This document shows, one piece after another, positions 63,325-64,000 of a DNA stretch of 64,000 nt. The stretch comes from a virus (Duplodnaviria > Heunggongvirae > Uroviricota > Caudoviricetes): IMG/VR virus record IMGVR_UViG_3300050821_009523. One strand, written 5' to 3'. Position numbers and translations under genes: made by a program. The number at the start of each line of letters is the position of its first letter. Position 1 is the first letter of the stretch. Below the pieces are notes generated by a model. The model worked only from the letters and a program-made list of their open reading frames with translations. It was not told where the DNA came from and ran no database searches.

Positions 63325-64000
63325 AAGTGCTCGACCAAGTTATCCGCGAGGGGTACGCGCTCTATCGCGGCGACTGTATCGACATCTTGCGCGGCCTGCC
63401 AGATGCCAGTATCCACTACTCGATTTATTCACCACCGTTCGCATCGCTTTATGTCTACAGCGACTCACCGCGAGACATGGGCAACTGCACAACGCGCGAG
63501 GAGTTCGACCAGCACTTTCGGTTCTTGGCGCCCGAACTGTTGCGTGTCCTTAAACCCGGCAGGTTGATGTCTTTCCATTGCATGCTGCTGCCGACCAGCA
63601 AGGCGCGCGACGGGTACATCGGGCTGACTGACTTTCGCGGTGATTTGATCCGCGCGTTTACAGACTGTGGGTGGATACACCACAGTGAAGTCGTGATTTG
63701 GAAAGACCCCGTAACCGCCATGCAGCGCACCAAAGCGCTCGGCCTCCTACACAAGCAGATCAAGAAAGATTCATGCATGTCGCGGCAGGGCATTCCAGAC
63801 TACCTCGTCACGATGCGCAAGCCGGGAGACAACCCGGAGCGTGTGACACACACGGACGAGGATCTGCCCGTCCGCATCTGGCAGCGGTACGCCTCGCCCG
63901 TCTGGATGGACATCGACCCCAGCGACACCATGCAACACCGGAGCGCACGCGAGGAACGGGACGAGCGCCACATCTGCCCGCTGCAACTCGAAGTGATCCG
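63321..64000 (+). CDS. DNA methyltransferase (N6A/N4C amino-MTase, motif IV first), partial at the window end
   Basis: IYSPPFASLYVYS (S/DPPF motif IV). ATGA overlap with the helicase stop. Open frame continues past 64000. Confidence 0.6.
   Translation, partial: MKVLDQVIREGYALYRGDCIDILRGLPDASIHYSIYSPPFASLYVYSDSPRDMGNCTTREEFDQHFRFLAPELLRVLKPGRLMSFHCMLLPTSKARDGYIGLTDFRGDLIRAFTDCGWIHHSEVVIWKDPVTAMQRTKALGLLHKQIKKDSCMSRQGIPDYLVTMRKPGDNPERVTHTDEDLPVRIWQRYASPVWMDIDPSDTMQHRSAREERDERHICPLQLEVI

Noticed and set aside
1-64000. tRNA or tmRNA genes and att-site-like repeats; CRISPR arrays
   Set aside because: No T-loop-like GGTTCGAATCC or GTTCGA motifs, and no regularly spaced direct repeats, were spotted on either strand by eye. 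This is not an exhaustive scan, so absence cannot be asserted.

Overview
This 64 kb window is high-GC (about 65%) and reads as most of a temperate siphovirus-like phage or prophage. Gene packing is tight: frequent ATGA/GTGA start-stop overlaps, strong GGAGG-type RBSs, and three blocks of co-oriented genes. All domain calls below are made by eye from motifs in the supplied translations; no searches were run.

- **Left block (1-4100, minus strand):** accessory/regulatory genes, including a truncated RF2-like release-factor homolog that lacks the GGQ catalytic domain, an IS110-like Transposase_20-only ORF, and an XRE-type HTH regulator.
- **Virion module (4304-26339, plus strand):** scaffold-like protein, major capsid-like protein, head-completion genes, a collagen-repeat fibre, HK97 gp10-like tail completion protein, major tail protein, and G/GT tail chaperones with an AAAAAAC -1 frameshift site. 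These are followed by a 2591-aa tape measure protein, a 1103-aa LamG-domain distal tail protein and a 472-aa fibre candidate with a low-GC patch. No portal or terminase lies upstream of the scaffold gene in the window.
- **Moron-like zone (26342-32861, both strands):** a secreted protein, small membrane/coiled-coil proteins, a standalone PAS-domain protein, a Lom-like secreted protein, an SPFH/band-7 lipoprotein, and a Cys-rich double-glycine-leader peptide (RiPP/bacteriocin-like precursor).
- **Leftward early operon (33307-43336, minus strand):** driven from a consensus promoter near 43360-43390. It encodes an HNH endonuclease, small Zn-ribbon proteins, a secreted protein, a lytic transglycosylase, a RuvC-like resolvase, a J-domain/kinase-like protein, a vWA protein and a divergent adenylosuccinate-synthetase-family (PurA/PurZ-like) enzyme.
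- **Rightward early operon (43470-64000, plus strand):** driven from a TTGACA-N16-TATATA promoter. It encodes three ParB/Srx (DGQHR) domain proteins, an SMC/Rad50-like ATPase, an ACC-deaminase/D-cysteine-desulfhydrase-family PLP enzyme, and two DNA methyltransferases. It also encodes a YqaJ-like exonuclease, a candidate annealing protein, an Xis-like HTH, a replication initiator candidate, a DnaB helicase, a DUF1937 protein and an SNF2/DEAD helicase.

The most unusual elements are the GGQ-less RF2 fragment, the PurA-like enzyme with an altered aspartate loop sitting with vWA and J-domain/pseudokinase genes, the Cys-rich leader peptide, and the ParB x3 / SMC / PLP / MTase module.
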